DNA of 64,000 nucleotides, from positions 2,711,227 to 2,775,226 of the forward strand of contig JBNZDD010013687.1 in NCBI GenBank assembly GCA_050575255.1. Reading direction: 5' to 3'. How positions within the stretch are numbered: the stretch's first letter is position 1; each line of letters starts with the position of its first letter. The position numbers and the translations under genes are program-made. Origin of the DNA: Harriotta raleighana (lineage: Eukaryota). Positions 40,201 through 53,350 of the stretch are shown in pieces. Below the pieces are notes generated by a model. That model was not told where the DNA came from, did no database searches, and worked only from the letters and a program-made list of their open reading frames with translations.

Positions 40201-43200
40201 TATTCCTTTGTACAAGTGACAAAAAAAGTCTAAGTACATTCTGACTATGTTGAAAAGATTATTTATATTAAATTAAGAGGTTATGTCTTCTTCCTTTCAC
40301 CTCATTTCCCCCCACCCACACCAACACACACAGACAATTTTGGCATGAATTTGTGCCTAGAGCTGAATGTCAATAAGATTGAAGACGTATTGTTTAGCTC
40401 TCGCCAGTACCTATTAGTAGTGTTTCTGATAATAATCCATTTGCTTGGTTTTTAATATTTTTCCCCTTTAGGATCTTCTATGACTTTACTCCTCCAGAAT
40501 ATGGTTGGCGCTATATATTATAAATTATGTTTATACCAGTTTTCTTGACACAGAAAAGCACATGTTTTCCTCTCATTGACAGAAGCCTGAGTGAAGGACA
40601 GTTTAATGAACTGAACAATTTTTTTTAGACTTGTTTCAAGTTTTGTACATATGGTGCAACTAACTTTGATTACAGGTCAATAGAAAGTTCTACAAAATAT
40701 ATAGTCACCACACTTTAATGCAATGAAGAACTTTGAGATGTCCTCCTAACATGAAAAGCACTCTATCGAATGCAAGGATTAATGTTATTTAAATTAATCC
40801 AAATGAAATAGTTGAGGGTTTTTAAAAATAAAAAAAAAATCATTTTGAACCAGTTCAAATTATGTCACCCTTTCAGTGTTTCAATGTGTCTTTGAAGAGA
40901 CCTGTCCTGCATCCTACATTAATTCATTGATTAATTAAAGTGAAAGCAAGAAAGTGCAAAGATGATACATTTTTCCTTTTTGGAAGATCTCTCCTGTGCC
41001 TTGCATTTCTTTAGAATTATTCTAACTCACAGGTGAACTCATTTAATTATAACAAGAAATTGTAGATTGTTACCCTCTTGTGCTTTGCAAATTATTGTTG
41101 TTAAGTGTAAATGTGCAAATTAACTTTTTAAGCACGTTACCATAGAGTGCAATCTCATCACAGTATTTATTCATTTAGAAGTTAACCAAGCAATAAATTA
41201 ACTTAACAAATAATAAACTAACCTGATAAATGCTGAGAATTGTTCAAATGAAATATCTTGTTCATGTTAGGTAACATGACCGACTTTCAGTTTGAGATTT
41301 TTCTAAGTTATGAAGCGAATCGTACCTGCAAAACTAACCTTAGTAGGTAGGGTTGTCCAAACTGGTCAAGGAGGGGAAGATTCCTAGGATTCACATTGAC
41401 AAACTGTATGTTTTTTGCTGGTTAAACTCTGCCTCTGTCTAACATTGTGCCTAACTTCTCTTGGATGAATTATACTGAGTACATCCCATAGGGATAGAGT
41501 GCATATTTCATACCAGACAGCAGAAATCACACTCAGTAGTTTGTTTAAGACATTCTTAAACATAGTGATGGGTTCCTGTGTGTGCCAGACGCCCAGTTAA
41601 CCAACAGAATAAAATCTTCCAGATGCCTGCGTAATAAAATTATTTCTTCAATCCTAACCTCCTTCAGAAATTTAAAAAAATTGAAGAGCAAAGTAACAAT
41701 TTATTGAACTCCAAAGCACATAGCCACTACTTTAGGAAAAGCAATATCAAAGAATATTGTCTGAATTGTTAATTATCCATTTTAATTATCACCCACAGAA
41801 CTGACTGTAGGTGTATGGATTAGCATGTTAGCAGGTCTGTAGAAATGACTGTTCAATACACAGATATTTCATTTTGCGATAAACATTATCTCTACTTGTT
41901 GCTCGAAAATTCTCTGGTCAAAGTCCCCTGAAGACAAATCTTGCAGCAGCAATATGTTGATTCATTGCATTGTTGTATTTTTACCCAAGAATGCTTGCTG
42001 TCCTGGTATTTCACATAATATTCAAAAATTTTATTATTGGGTATGTATTCTGTCACTCTCACCAAGCATCTAAAATGAAATAAATGTGTTTTAGAATGCA
42101 ATTAACAAGAATCTACAATAGGTACAGTAAAAGCAATGGTGGTAGCCACAGAAAAAACACTTCCACAGTCATTAAATGATCTATATTTTGGCTCACACAA
42201 ATGAGAACTGCAGCAAAATAGCATCTAATTATGTCTCATTAAAACTAGCAGAAATCAAAACAGCAACTTAGTTTGCATGCTTAACTTGAGATGCATTTTT
42301 ACTGAGATTTGCTGATTTATTTTGTTAATGCAAAAATAATTGGCTTTCAGACAATGCTTTCAAAATCCCAAAGATACTGCCCATCACATATAATCTCATA
42401 AGAGGGAATGTATAAATGCAGCTGATACTCTATACCTAACCATTAAAATGAGGACTTTTTTTTTGCATTCCAATTTTCATATAATACTTAAATATTTTAA
42501 TCCAAAAGGTTATTGTTAAGGTTCTGAATTACTAAATATAAAATAGTCAGCACAGGGAAGAGTATTGATCTGCTCTGTCTGTGACTATGTTTTATTGAGT
42601 CTTTTATACTGTACAATATTACATCTTATAGGATTTGATGCAGTGACACAATAGGCTTTGTATAATGTCACCAAGTCTGCAGTTTTCAGTTACATAACAA
42701 ACTGCAAAAATTACTAAACATCATTCTGGTTGATAACACAAATGTCACAATAACAAAAAGACAATGTGATCACGGCTGAAAGAAATCTTATGTAACAGTA
42801 CAATCCAATAAAAAATTACATTTGTATAGAGCCATTAATATCAAAGTAGTGGAAAAAATGAAAATATTTAGATTTACAGTATTGTTTGCAAAGAAAGCAT
42901 ATACAGTAGTACGAAAATAAAAATAACAGAATTTGATGAAATTGTTTAGCAAAAATGCTGCCTTGGCTCAGTTGGTGGTAATATTGCATCTGAGTGATCT
43001 TAAATGGTATATCAGGATTTGAATTTCCTTTTAAAATAGCAAATTTTTGTATTTTTTTTAAGAAAACATCCCATTTCTCTCCAATTCTTCTGATAGTCCC
43101 ACCTAATAATCATCAGGCCCTATTTGTTTCCAGCAACTTGGGAGTTAATTTTTCCTGACTGTAAAAAGAATAATCCCCACCATGTGTTGTGAACTCTTGC

Positions 43201-45017
43201 ACAGAAACTATATGACGTTCATGCACAAGGTGTTGGATCTGAGCATTTAATTACTAGTCAAGTACTTCTTATTTAGAAACGCATCCAAGTAGATGCTGCC
43301 CAGTCTTGTAATGTAGTGATGATGCACTGAGATACTTATACCCTTGTTGAACAGGCCTTTGACAAACTTCCTTCTGCTCTCTTAAGATTAAGGGAAGGAG
43401 GTAAGTATCTCTGAACTTCATTGAAAGATTTTCTTTATATAAATAATTCAAAACTAATGAAATTAAGCTCTCAGGAAGATTGCTAATTTCATTTCTAGAG
43501 CTCTAGAAATCCAAGGCTGAACAGCCAGGGATGTGAGTTCCCATGGAAACTGAATGCTATCTGCATGACTGTATATGTTCCAAGAATCTCAGCCCTATGT
43601 TGAGAGCATCTTTGACCTTGTGGGTCAGTTTGTGCTGGATTTTGAAGAGTATAGCAGCATTTTTGATACTTCAGAGAATGGAAGAAATGTTATCTTGTTT
43701 GTCTGCATGGATCTTGCCTACAAGTTGCTGGAAGGATGGATGTGGGCCTTTGTGAGACAGCGTGCCGATTTCTGTGAGCATCTCTTGCTATGTTTTGCAG
43801 CTGATTTCTGGTGTGTCAAAGCTGTGGAATCTCTGACCTCCCTCAAGGCTCTACTGGTCTTCACTCAGAGCATAAACAATATCCTAGTCACCAGATAATC
43901 TATGGATTTACTGGTGTGACATCATTCCGGTTTTTAACTTTAGTTAAAAGCAAAATTCTAACGTAATGAATGCTTCAAAGTGCCATTGGACTTGGTCAAT
44001 AAACTGGCTTTGTGATCCTGTGCTGCTGCTCTTTCTCCACAGCTAATTGGATTCTGTGTCTGGTAGATTACAGAATGAGAGGTGACCACCCTTTGTGTCT
44101 GTGGGGACTGCAGGTAGGTAAGAGAAGCTGAATAACTGTAAGCACTCACAAGATCATAGCATGAGATTGGTTTGGATGAAGCAGGCCCTTCAGCCCATCT
44201 GATCTCATCTCTCCTGATACCCACCTGTTTTAAACGCTGCTCTCCTCTCCTCCCATGGGAGGAAATGGGGAATCCTCCAGTTGTGGTGGAAGCACAGGAT
44301 TGCCCCTTAAAATCTCCAATGTCTGATCTTGCACCAGCCCATTTTTTTTGGTGCGCTGTTCACTAACTCCTAAAATATAAATCAGGCCCCAAATATCTCA
44401 TTAGAAATCCAAAGACCCTCTGTTTCTACTCACCTATTCTTTATGAAGTGTAGTGATCTGTTGTTAAACCAAATAAATTAGCAATTAATTTTAATCAGCA
44501 GAAAGCACAATCAAAACTGAACCTTGATTTTACACCTGCCCTGCTCTGTTCTTATTCTGCTCCTTGTTTGGATCTGCCTAAAGATAGCGATCCTGCTCCC
44601 TCTACTGACAGTGTCACCTAATTGCATGATCATGATCCTGGAAGCTTTCTTTGGGCCCATATTATGTGGAGGCCATTCTTTGGGGAAAGAGTACAGTTGT
44701 TGGTCTCTTTTGATTTTTGTTCAACAGAGCAGGTTGAATGCACTTGCCACAAAGGTGAATCAAAGAATGTGTTTGCCAGGGTTTTCGTGATATACCCTCA
44801 ATGATGAATTTTGGTAACTAGTTTAAAAATTTAAGAAAAGATTACTGTGTCAAGTTGGCCAAATTATTGAAATCACTTAGGTTTAACTGTCAATGAAAAG
44901 GGAAAGAGAAAAAAGATTCATAAAGTCAGAACACACTTGGGATGGATATGGAACAATATCTTGAAGCTGCCAAATTTGTGTGTGCAAATGAAAGTGGAAT
45001 GGAATGTTTTTTTTGTA

Positions 45018-45667
45018 CAGTTAACCCTCATCGAAGATGACTTTATCGATTGCGAATTCAAGTATAAGCAATGAAACAAAAGCATCACGTTTTTGTGCAA
45101 CGAGCGTAAAATTTGTGTATACGCGTTGGCTGCCCCCCGTGCGCATGCGCACATGTGAGTTCGCCGACAGCCGCCAAATAAATCCGATGATTCCTCGGCT
45201 GGCTGGTCCCATGCACATGTGCACTTTTGACGAGGCCGGCAGATCCCGACTAAATCCCATGATTCCTTGGCTGGCTGGCCCCGCGCGCAATGCATTCCTG
45301 GGTAAGGTTTGGATAACTGTTTGGCCTGATGTATTGCATGATAAACAGAAGAGAAAGAGCGAGAGACAGTCTCCTACAGAGCCCAGAGCGGCTGCCCCCC
45401 CGGCCACTGAGCCGCTCTATCCCCCCCCCTCGCCCGCCCCCGGCCACCGAGCAGCTCCCACCCCCGCCAGCCTCCGGCCACCGAGCGGCTCCCCCCAACC
45501 TCCACCCGCCCGCCCCCGAGTGGCTTTCTGCAGCTTGAGGTGGGTAGCCTGAGACTGGATTCCCCCACTCCCCCTTTTCCCATTACTTCTTAAGATTCTC
45601 CAACGTAATTTCGTTGAGTGCGCAGTTTTCCAGGAACGTAAATCCGGCGATCGACAAGGGTTAACTG
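45018..45667. mobile_element. Non-autonomous pogo/Tigger-like DNA transposon, 650 bp
   Basis: TIRs CAGTTAACCCTCATCGA / TCGACAAGGGTTAACTG, TA duplication at 45016-45017 and 45668-45669, CpG-rich interior, no transposase ORF. Confidence 0.85.
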
Positions 45668-45792
45668 TATATCTTTTCTGAAATCTTTGGAGGTTGCTTC
45701 TGAGCCTTGGTTGGTTATAACTGTGACCTACTATGTGTTTAGTATGCCGTATGATGTAAGAAACTGATAAGTTCAGACTTTCACATTTCTCA

Positions 45793-46075
45793 GTAGTTAC
45801 AGTGGTTACAGCACTCTTCTTGCAAGCGAGAGACCTGGGTTCAATGCCGGCCAGGGCGATACATTGGGTAGGGTTCCTTTTCCACATGCCTGATAATAAT
45901 CCCTTTTTTAAAAAAAATTGGTCACTTCAATCCATGGCTGTTTGTGGGACATTGCTGTGTGCAATTGGTTGCTGCCTTTCACCCACAAAATGTACAGTCA
46001 ATTCACTTCAGAGTATAATCAGTGAAGCACTTTGAGACATCTAGAAGACATGAAAAGTGCTATGTCAAAATACAA
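45793..46075 (+). mobile_element. SINE family A, near full length
   Basis: cagtggttacagcactcttcttgcaagcgagagacctgggttcaat head, core motif, gtgaagcactttgagacatctagaagacatgaaaagtgctat tail. Confidence 0.87.
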
Positions 46076-46261
46076 TTTTTTTGAATGACTGATGGATGGA
46101 CAGGGCCACCGGGTGTAATTTCAATCTTAACACGGTGTTAAAGCCTTTTATTGATGTGTTGCCTTTATTCATCACTTTCAATCATTACTTTCATTTGACA
46201 GTGTGGTAGGTTGGTGTTGAACGGTGGTTCAACAAATGGTTCTGGAGAGTAGCTAGGGGAT

Positions 46262-46610
46262 AGGGTCAAGGGAGCAGGTGGTGGGCTTCATGGAGGATGT
46301 GGTGGTGATGACAGAGGAAGGGGAGACAGGTTTGAACGTGTGGAAGGAGGGAATGGGTAGGGGTTGGAGTGTGGGGGAGAGATGGGGAAGTTGAGAGAGC
46401 AAAGGCAGTTGAACTGATTCCCTCAATTTTAGACCCTAGGAAATTCAGCATCTTCTCACATTGGGTGTTAGAGGAGAGAATAAGCAAGGCATTGGGGGTG
46501 GGGGGGAGCGGTGGGGTGGGTGGGTATGAGATGGATGGATGGAGGAGCTGGTGTATTGTGTAGAATAGGTGCCCAGGGTTGTCCTTCGCCTCCAAGATGA
46601 AATGATGTTT
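46262..46610 (-). mobile_element. L2 LINE ORF2 internal fragment (endonuclease-RT linker)
   Basis: ORF track reads ILEAKDNPGHLFYTIHQLLHP...CEKMLNFLGSKIEGI, resembling the L2 ORF2 linker. Confidence 0.7.
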
Positions 46611-48919
46611 AGGTGATGTTCTGAAACTTTGATACTCCTTCATGCAGTATTACACCACAAAATATCGCAAATCTTAAAGCTGCTTTATTCAGCCTAAATC
46701 TGAGCAACACTTTCAGCGTGGAATGTGATCCAGGACTTTAGCCAGTTGTGCCAACAGAATATCACAACAATCTGGTAAAACTGACGGCAATGCTAACGCT
46801 CACGTTATCTGCTGTGGAATGAATTGCAATATTGTCTTGCATTTACAGTGACCCGCATACTGGGCAGAGGTCCTGCAATCCCTATCCAGGCAAGTTATTA
46901 ATAGAGCTTTCTATGCCTCAGTTAACATAGGCCTGCTGCTCATCCCTGCCATCTGCATGCAATCAATGGTGGCTAAGCCTTCACTAACATTGCCCCTATT
47001 TCTAAAATTGGTTGCCTCCAACCCTTCACCTGTTTTTTAAATCCCACTTTAAAACTAGCTTAAGGGCATCTCCCCGTTTTCCCTTGCTCAGCAGTTGACT
47101 CCTCCACTGAAGTCCCCCAAGCTGTTATCAACTACAAAATTAGATTTGTATAGGGCCTTTCACATTGGGAGAATGTCCCAAGGTGCTAGAAAGACAGCAT
47201 TTTGGACCTGAGTTGGGAGTAGAGATTGGGGAGGACGGAGGGCAGGGGGGATGGAGGTTTATCATTGTCCTTCATGAAAGACACTGTAATAAATAAAAAT
47301 TATTTGGTATCAAACAAGTTATTACACTTCAGAGAAGATACCGTTAAGGTTTCCTCACTATTAAACGCAGTATAACAAATAAAAGGAGTATTGTAAATTG
47401 TTGCATGCCTGCCTTCTCTGTGTCTTATACATTGATTTATTATTTTACAATGCAGAATGACTCCATCTTTCGCAGCACTGGATTCTCAACCTCTCATGTC
47501 TGTTTTTGCATTAAGTTCAGAATTATTTTACCTCAGAATGAAATGATTACGGTAGATTTGCATTTTCTTAGTCTATGCCTTTGCTTTTGAAGAGCAGCAA
47601 CTGACATTCCTCTTCAGGAAAAGCCTGATCCGAATACCAATGCCAAATGGTTGTGGTTTGCTGATATACTAGGTTTTATGCTGGTTGGTGCTACTATGCA
47701 TGTTAACTGTGGTAGGTGGTATGCAGGGTTGTTTAATGATGTCTCTTTGGGACGATTAATGCAAGTGGTGCCCTCAAAATTCCTGATCCCCAGAGAGAGA
47801 ACATGAAAATGTTTGAGACTATTACAGTAATGATTATTAACTCTGATTCTTGCTGCTTGTCTCGTTAGGAGCATCATACTGATTAGGCTTTGGATTGCAC
47901 CTTTAACAGAAACCAAGTGGGAGGAATTCCTGATGCTGGCACCTTTCTACCCCTTCAAGACCAATGAACTAGGGTGGTTGTCATCATCCTGTAACTCCAG
48001 TGAAAACACCCACATATACAACGTACAGAACTATATATGTATATTTGGGAAACTAATTTAATGATAGGCATCATATATAAATTGTTGTCAGCTGAGTACT
48101 GTACAAAAATAGATTAATATATTTAAAGATATGCACAGAGAGGCCTGCCAGAATTACTGGAATAAGTGGCAAGCCAGCAATATCACAGATTTCTCCAAGG
48201 AAAACATCCAGACATACACTCAAAAGCCACCTTCTTTAAGGTTCTATGTTGTGACTGTGAGTCCGCCGGCTGAATGTGATCTCCCAGACTGGCTTGGTTC
48301 CATACTTTTGATTTTGCAACTAATGTTCAATAGCTCAATAACCCATTGCTGTGCCTTGCAGCTTGCCCTGGGGTTGACGTGATTAGAGAGATTGCTGCTA
48401 AAGAAAAATGGTTGGGCTCTCCTCCTTAAAAAGAGCCTTCACACTCCAAGCTGTCTCAGGTCACCTGAGAAGCATCAGACTAAAATTAATCTATTAGATA
48501 ATAAAAACTATGTTTCCATATCTTAAAACACAGGTCTGTGTTGATTAAAGCAAGTGTAATTCTGAGTTTTATAGTCTGTTCATCTCTGTGGTGTGAATGT
48601 TATGCCACAGAATTCTTTGACTTATTCTTCATATGCCAACACTAACTGTCACCAGTAACTGCACGGTTTCTTTAATATCGATAATGTATGTGAAATTATA
48701 CTCTGGATGGTTGAAACAATTGCTAAAGTATAGTGAGTTTGTATCCCCAGTATACTGGACTTTGTTTGAATGCACAGTTCAAAGTCATAATAATGATTTG
48801 GGATTCTATTGTCAAAGTGTTATCTGTGGTCAGTGATTGGAGTTAAAGAGGGCATTTTAGTTGTTCAAAACTGTTTGATTAACTAGACTGTTTCCCTTTA
48901 TGTGCAGATGGTTAAATAA

Positions 48920-48933
48920 CCACTAGGTGGCAG
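48920..48933 (+). promoter_or_regulatory. CTCF core motif
   Basis: CCACTAGGTGGCAG fits CCASYAGRKGGCRS; TGCAG lies 12 nt upstream (48903-48907), like the CTCF upstream motif. Confidence 0.6.
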
Positions 48934-48964
48934 AAAATACTTATCCAGCTGAATTTTAGTTATA

Positions 48965-49075
48965 TAATAATAATAATCCTTGCATTTGATATTGCGCTTT
49001 TCAAATCTTCTAGATGTCTCAAAGCGCTTCATAGAATATACTGTAAAGTGAATTGACTGTATATTTGTGGGTGAA
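48965..49075 (-). mobile_element. SINE family A, 3' fragment
   Basis: aataatccttgcatttgatattgcgcttttcaaatcttctagatgtctcaaagcgcttc. Confidence 0.82.
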
Positions 49076-51439
49076 GATTGAGGGTTAACCCTTTAACAAC
49101 ATCACCATTAAGGATACATCTAAAGTGTACAGATTATACAATGATGAATGAGTTAAATTAAGTAAATGGTTGAGGCATCAGTGTGTAGTGAGAACATCTT
49201 TTGGTCTTTCAATTGCGTCAGGCTTGACTCTCTCCAATTTACACTTTAGCATGTAGTTTTCCAATTTTATAGAAATAATTGCAATAATGCCAATGGCACA
49301 GTGAGTAAATATAAGTCGCTTTTCCCTAGCCATTTAAATAGTCTGCAGTTTTACATCAATATTGAAATTGCAGATGTGCTGTAATTCATTTGCCATAAAA
49401 TAGTAAATGTGTCATGAACCTTTATCTATTAAAAGAGATAACAGTGATGCATTCGTTCATATCAATCGAATTATAACTGTATTTGGGTTAGTTTAATAAT
49501 GCTCACCGCACTAAGCAGTTCTGTTTTGATTGCTCAAGAATGAAGGTGTTTGATATATTCAGAGCAGGATATTATGAAATGCTAACCTGCGCCAATAGTT
49601 TCCTATCTCCGGTTCTTCTAGAATGAGAGATGCATCAAAAATGTCTTTTAAAATGTTTGCCCTGGCTTCAAATGTGTATCACAGCCTACACAGCATAAAA
49701 GCTTTAAGTCCATAGATTTTAACTACATTTCAATGCAGGTGAGGGATGAAACTTCACCCTTGGCCGATTATGGTAAGATTGCCTGACTACTCATTCACCC
49801 TATTTCTCTTCTGAAAAAGTATTGGCAACTGTGACAGGAATAACTTTCACTGTGCTTGTTGGGTTGATGCATTTTGAAAACTGTGTCAACATGCATGTTG
49901 ATCATTACATTGTTGGGGAAACTGTTCTTGGATTGACCTGCGTAGGGGTGATCTTTCGCACTTTTGCAAAATCATTGGCTTTTCTAGGCAATATTGCAGC
50001 CTCCATCCATATCAACAAATGATTGTGAGTTGTGGCTTTGTTTTGTTTGGATTTTTGCAAGCATTAGCTGTACCACTCTGAAACTCTACACTTATAGCTC
50101 GCCATACAGACAGCACCCGATGGCCTTTGGTCCTGTAGACTTGTTATTTTCCTTATCTCTATCAATGGAATTTTGTTGTTGTTGTTGTTTGTTGTTATCT
50201 TAATAAGCAGATTTACCTCACAGCAAATGCATTGTAAAGATACAAACGCTACACTAACATATTAAGGCAGTATTTCAAACTGAAGAGAAACTGAATTATG
50301 AGCCAATAGAGATGTGAATAAATTGTGAAAGATTGGCTGAACACATCATTATTGCTGAAATCATCTGTTTATTCTGTACATCAAGCTGAGTGTAACTATT
50401 TGAACTCTTAAAATGATTAGGCACATTAATAATTTACACTATGTCTGTCTTTTTTAAAGAAACAACTTTTTTGTTCAAAAATATTGTATATTAATCGGAC
50501 ACAACGTTTTTTTTACTCATGCTGGCATGTCTGTAAATCAATTTGCCACAGGAAATTATGAAGGCTCAAATGCTTTCCTGTGGATAGTGAAGCTACTCTG
50601 CAACAGTCTGTCAGGCAGATACATTAGCATCAGATGATTATTGTCCAAGTGTGAGGAAACTATTATGAGCGCATTTCAATGAATCTCAACGGTATAGAGA
50701 TTTCATTGTAATCTTTATGTTCCTTTTATTTTTTCTTCAGTTAAATCAAACAGTAACAAGAAGTTAAATGATCAAAACCATTTCATTTCACAGACGAGGT
50801 AAAAATAAATGAATGGTTTCAATATGAACACTGTCTGCATATTTTATAAAGGTTCATTCTCAATAGCCTGACAAATCAGTGCTTGGTGCTCAGACCAGTC
50901 ACAGTCTTTGATTTTTTTTTCATAATAGAACACTTAGCAGGTAATGGCAAAGTCATATCATGCGTTATAGTGCTGGGAAAATTATGTAAGCAGGGATGTC
51001 CCCAGGATTACAACTGTCAATCCCAGTGTGAGCTGTATTTGAAATCTGTTTTACTGATTTGAACCATGTTCATTTCTGGAGAAAGGCTGAATTTTTTTTA
51101 ATATCAGTGTATTGAGAGAATAATATTTTCTGAGAGCGGTCTTTGGTCTTTGGGCTATCCTTTGAAGTTGATCTGCAATTTGATCGATTTGTTATATAGT
51201 TTACTTTAGATAGGTTGGCTTCTTGAATAGTACATTTACTGATTTTCATCCAAACGTTTGACTTTGCGTTTGATCAGACTGCCTGGATTGTTCAGGCATA
51301 ACTTGTCAAACTTGGTTTCTGATTTCAAAAAGCAATGAAGACAGCATGACATTGATGCCCTTCGATGCAATACTGTAACAGCCAACAAATGCAAAGACAC
51401 TGGAAAGTATTCAGATCCTTATGCATTGACATCAAGGAT

Positions 51440-51560
51440 AATAATAATCCTTGCATTTGATATAGTGCTTTTCACGTATTCTAGACATCTCAACGCTTCA
51501 CAGAATGTGCTGTGAATTGAATTGACTGTATATTTGGGGGAAAAACCCAGCAGCCAATCA
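51440..51560 (-). mobile_element. SINE family A, 3' fragment
   Basis: aataatccttgcatttgatatagtgcttttcacg ... cagccaat. Confidence 0.8.
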
Positions 51561-52709
51561 GGAGCAAGCAACATCCATTTAGCACCAGAACTTCATTAGC
51601 CATCGATTTAGGAATTTCCTGATAATCTGGTTAATTAAAAAAATTGATACTTGTTAAAGTCAACTACAGTAATTTGTAATACGAGTCGAGGAAAGCTGCC
51701 AGTGCTAGAAAACATTTTGGGAACTATAGGTCTAAAGTTGCCTGTTTCTTTCAAGATTACTTAATATTTATCATATTTGAAATATGTTACATGTCTGCAG
51801 GTTATTATAACATGTGAACCTCTGCTAGAATTGTTATTGCTTTGATTGGGTTGGCTGTCTGGCAGTTGCAAATTATATTTGCACCTTTCATTTCTTTTGC
51901 AAGTCCAGATAACAGGATAAATAGTTGGAAGGAATTGTGCACTTTAAAGTACAATGATTAGGAGCTTCAGAGACTGTGATAATCCATCTCCCTTATTATG
52001 GACTCAATCTATTCAGTATTTGTTGTGGAACTAATGTTGCTGTTATGCAAATAAGTATAACTATACCCTTCACACACACACACCCTGTGTTGTGGAACAA
52101 AGGAATTCTATCTGTTTGTATTTGCTGTTATTGTATAGTCTGAACACTGGATTCTTTATGCTTCAGCAAAAGGTCTTTAAAGTAAAGAACCTGCAGATTT
52201 TTTTTAAATGACTATTTTTCATTTTAAATCTTAAGGAATTAAATGGGCTTTGTCTTTCTGTACATGAGGTCATTTCCTTCTGTAAATAGAGTTCTCGTAC
52301 TGACACAAAAGTGCACCAAAAATAGATGTAAATTAGGTTATTAATATTTATTTGGCAGTGTGAAATAGTCAAAACAGTGCCCTGAGCCATGAAGTGGAAT
52401 GCATTGGCACCCATGCTGATGTTTATTGGGGAAGTAAAATTCATCCTGATTATACAGAACAGTAACCCCTTACAGTACCCCTGATTCCATTAATATTTAT
52501 TTTTGAAAAGCATATAAAATTGGGGGTATTTTCAGTCATGTAGCTGTTTAAATCCCTGTAAAAATTGTGCTGATTGTGATATTTATTTAATCTCTGAGAA
52601 TAGCATTGTACAGAGGAACCCTGGCTGTTGATACTGGTCAAGGCATTGATTCATTTTTTATAAAAAGCAGTAACAAGTCAATCTTTATTAGCAAGATATC
52701 AGACATAAA

Positions 52710-53350
52710 CAAGCTCAATTGGTAACATATTCAGGTGTCAGAGCATTGCGGTTTGAAGCCCCATGTTATGACTTTAAGATTCCAACAATACCCCATTGCA
52801 AACTCTGATTTTTGCCAACCTGAGCCTAATACCCGCTGGAATTAGATAAGTAGGATGACTCTCTCCAGGGAAAGAGTGCACATTCCATTCCAAAAAGTAT
52901 CTCTGGAATTTCCACATATCATGGAACTCTCAGCTTGGTTTGGATACTCTTTCTAGTGATAGATACGAGTGATGGGTTTCCACATGTATCAGACACCCAG
53001 CTGACCCTAAACAAGCTCTGAGTTTATGCTAATATTCCAATTGAGTGCTGGGAGAGAGCTACAATGCCGAAGGTGTAGCCCTTTGCAAGGTGTAACCCTC
53101 GGCTGAAATGTTAAACTGAGGTCCTGTTTACTTGTTCAGAAGAACATCAATGATCCCACAACACGATGCAAAGGTGACTTGGTCAACAAACTCCAAAATA
53201 CAATTGATTATTCAGTTTATGGCCATTTGGGGAACATTGCAGTATGCAAATTGGCTGCTACCTATAAGCCTAGCCACTTCACTTTTTTTTAAACAGAAAA
53301 GTTCTATGAAGCACTTTGAGATGTTTGACCTGCTAGATCAAATTCAAGGA
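52710..53350 (+). mobile_element. Degenerate Deu-domain SINE (SacSINE1/AmnSINE1-like), possibly interrupted
   Basis: gctcaattggtaac head remnant; gaaatgttaaactgaggtcctgtt and tggggaacattgcagtatgcaaattggctgc Deu-like motifs; gaagcactttgagatg tail. Confidence 0.55.

Noticed and set aside
43500-44810. Possible very degenerate L1/Tx1 LINE remnants on the minus strand (KVKDALNIG, TFVASAF, YSFPKEWPPH)
   Set aside because: Similarity is too weak to call by eye; needs a translated search against a repeat protein library
44918-45887. Several long Pro/Gly/Arg-rich ORFs (up to 171 aa)
   Set aside because: They lie in or overlap the GC-rich non-autonomous transposon; no transposase or other domain is recognisable
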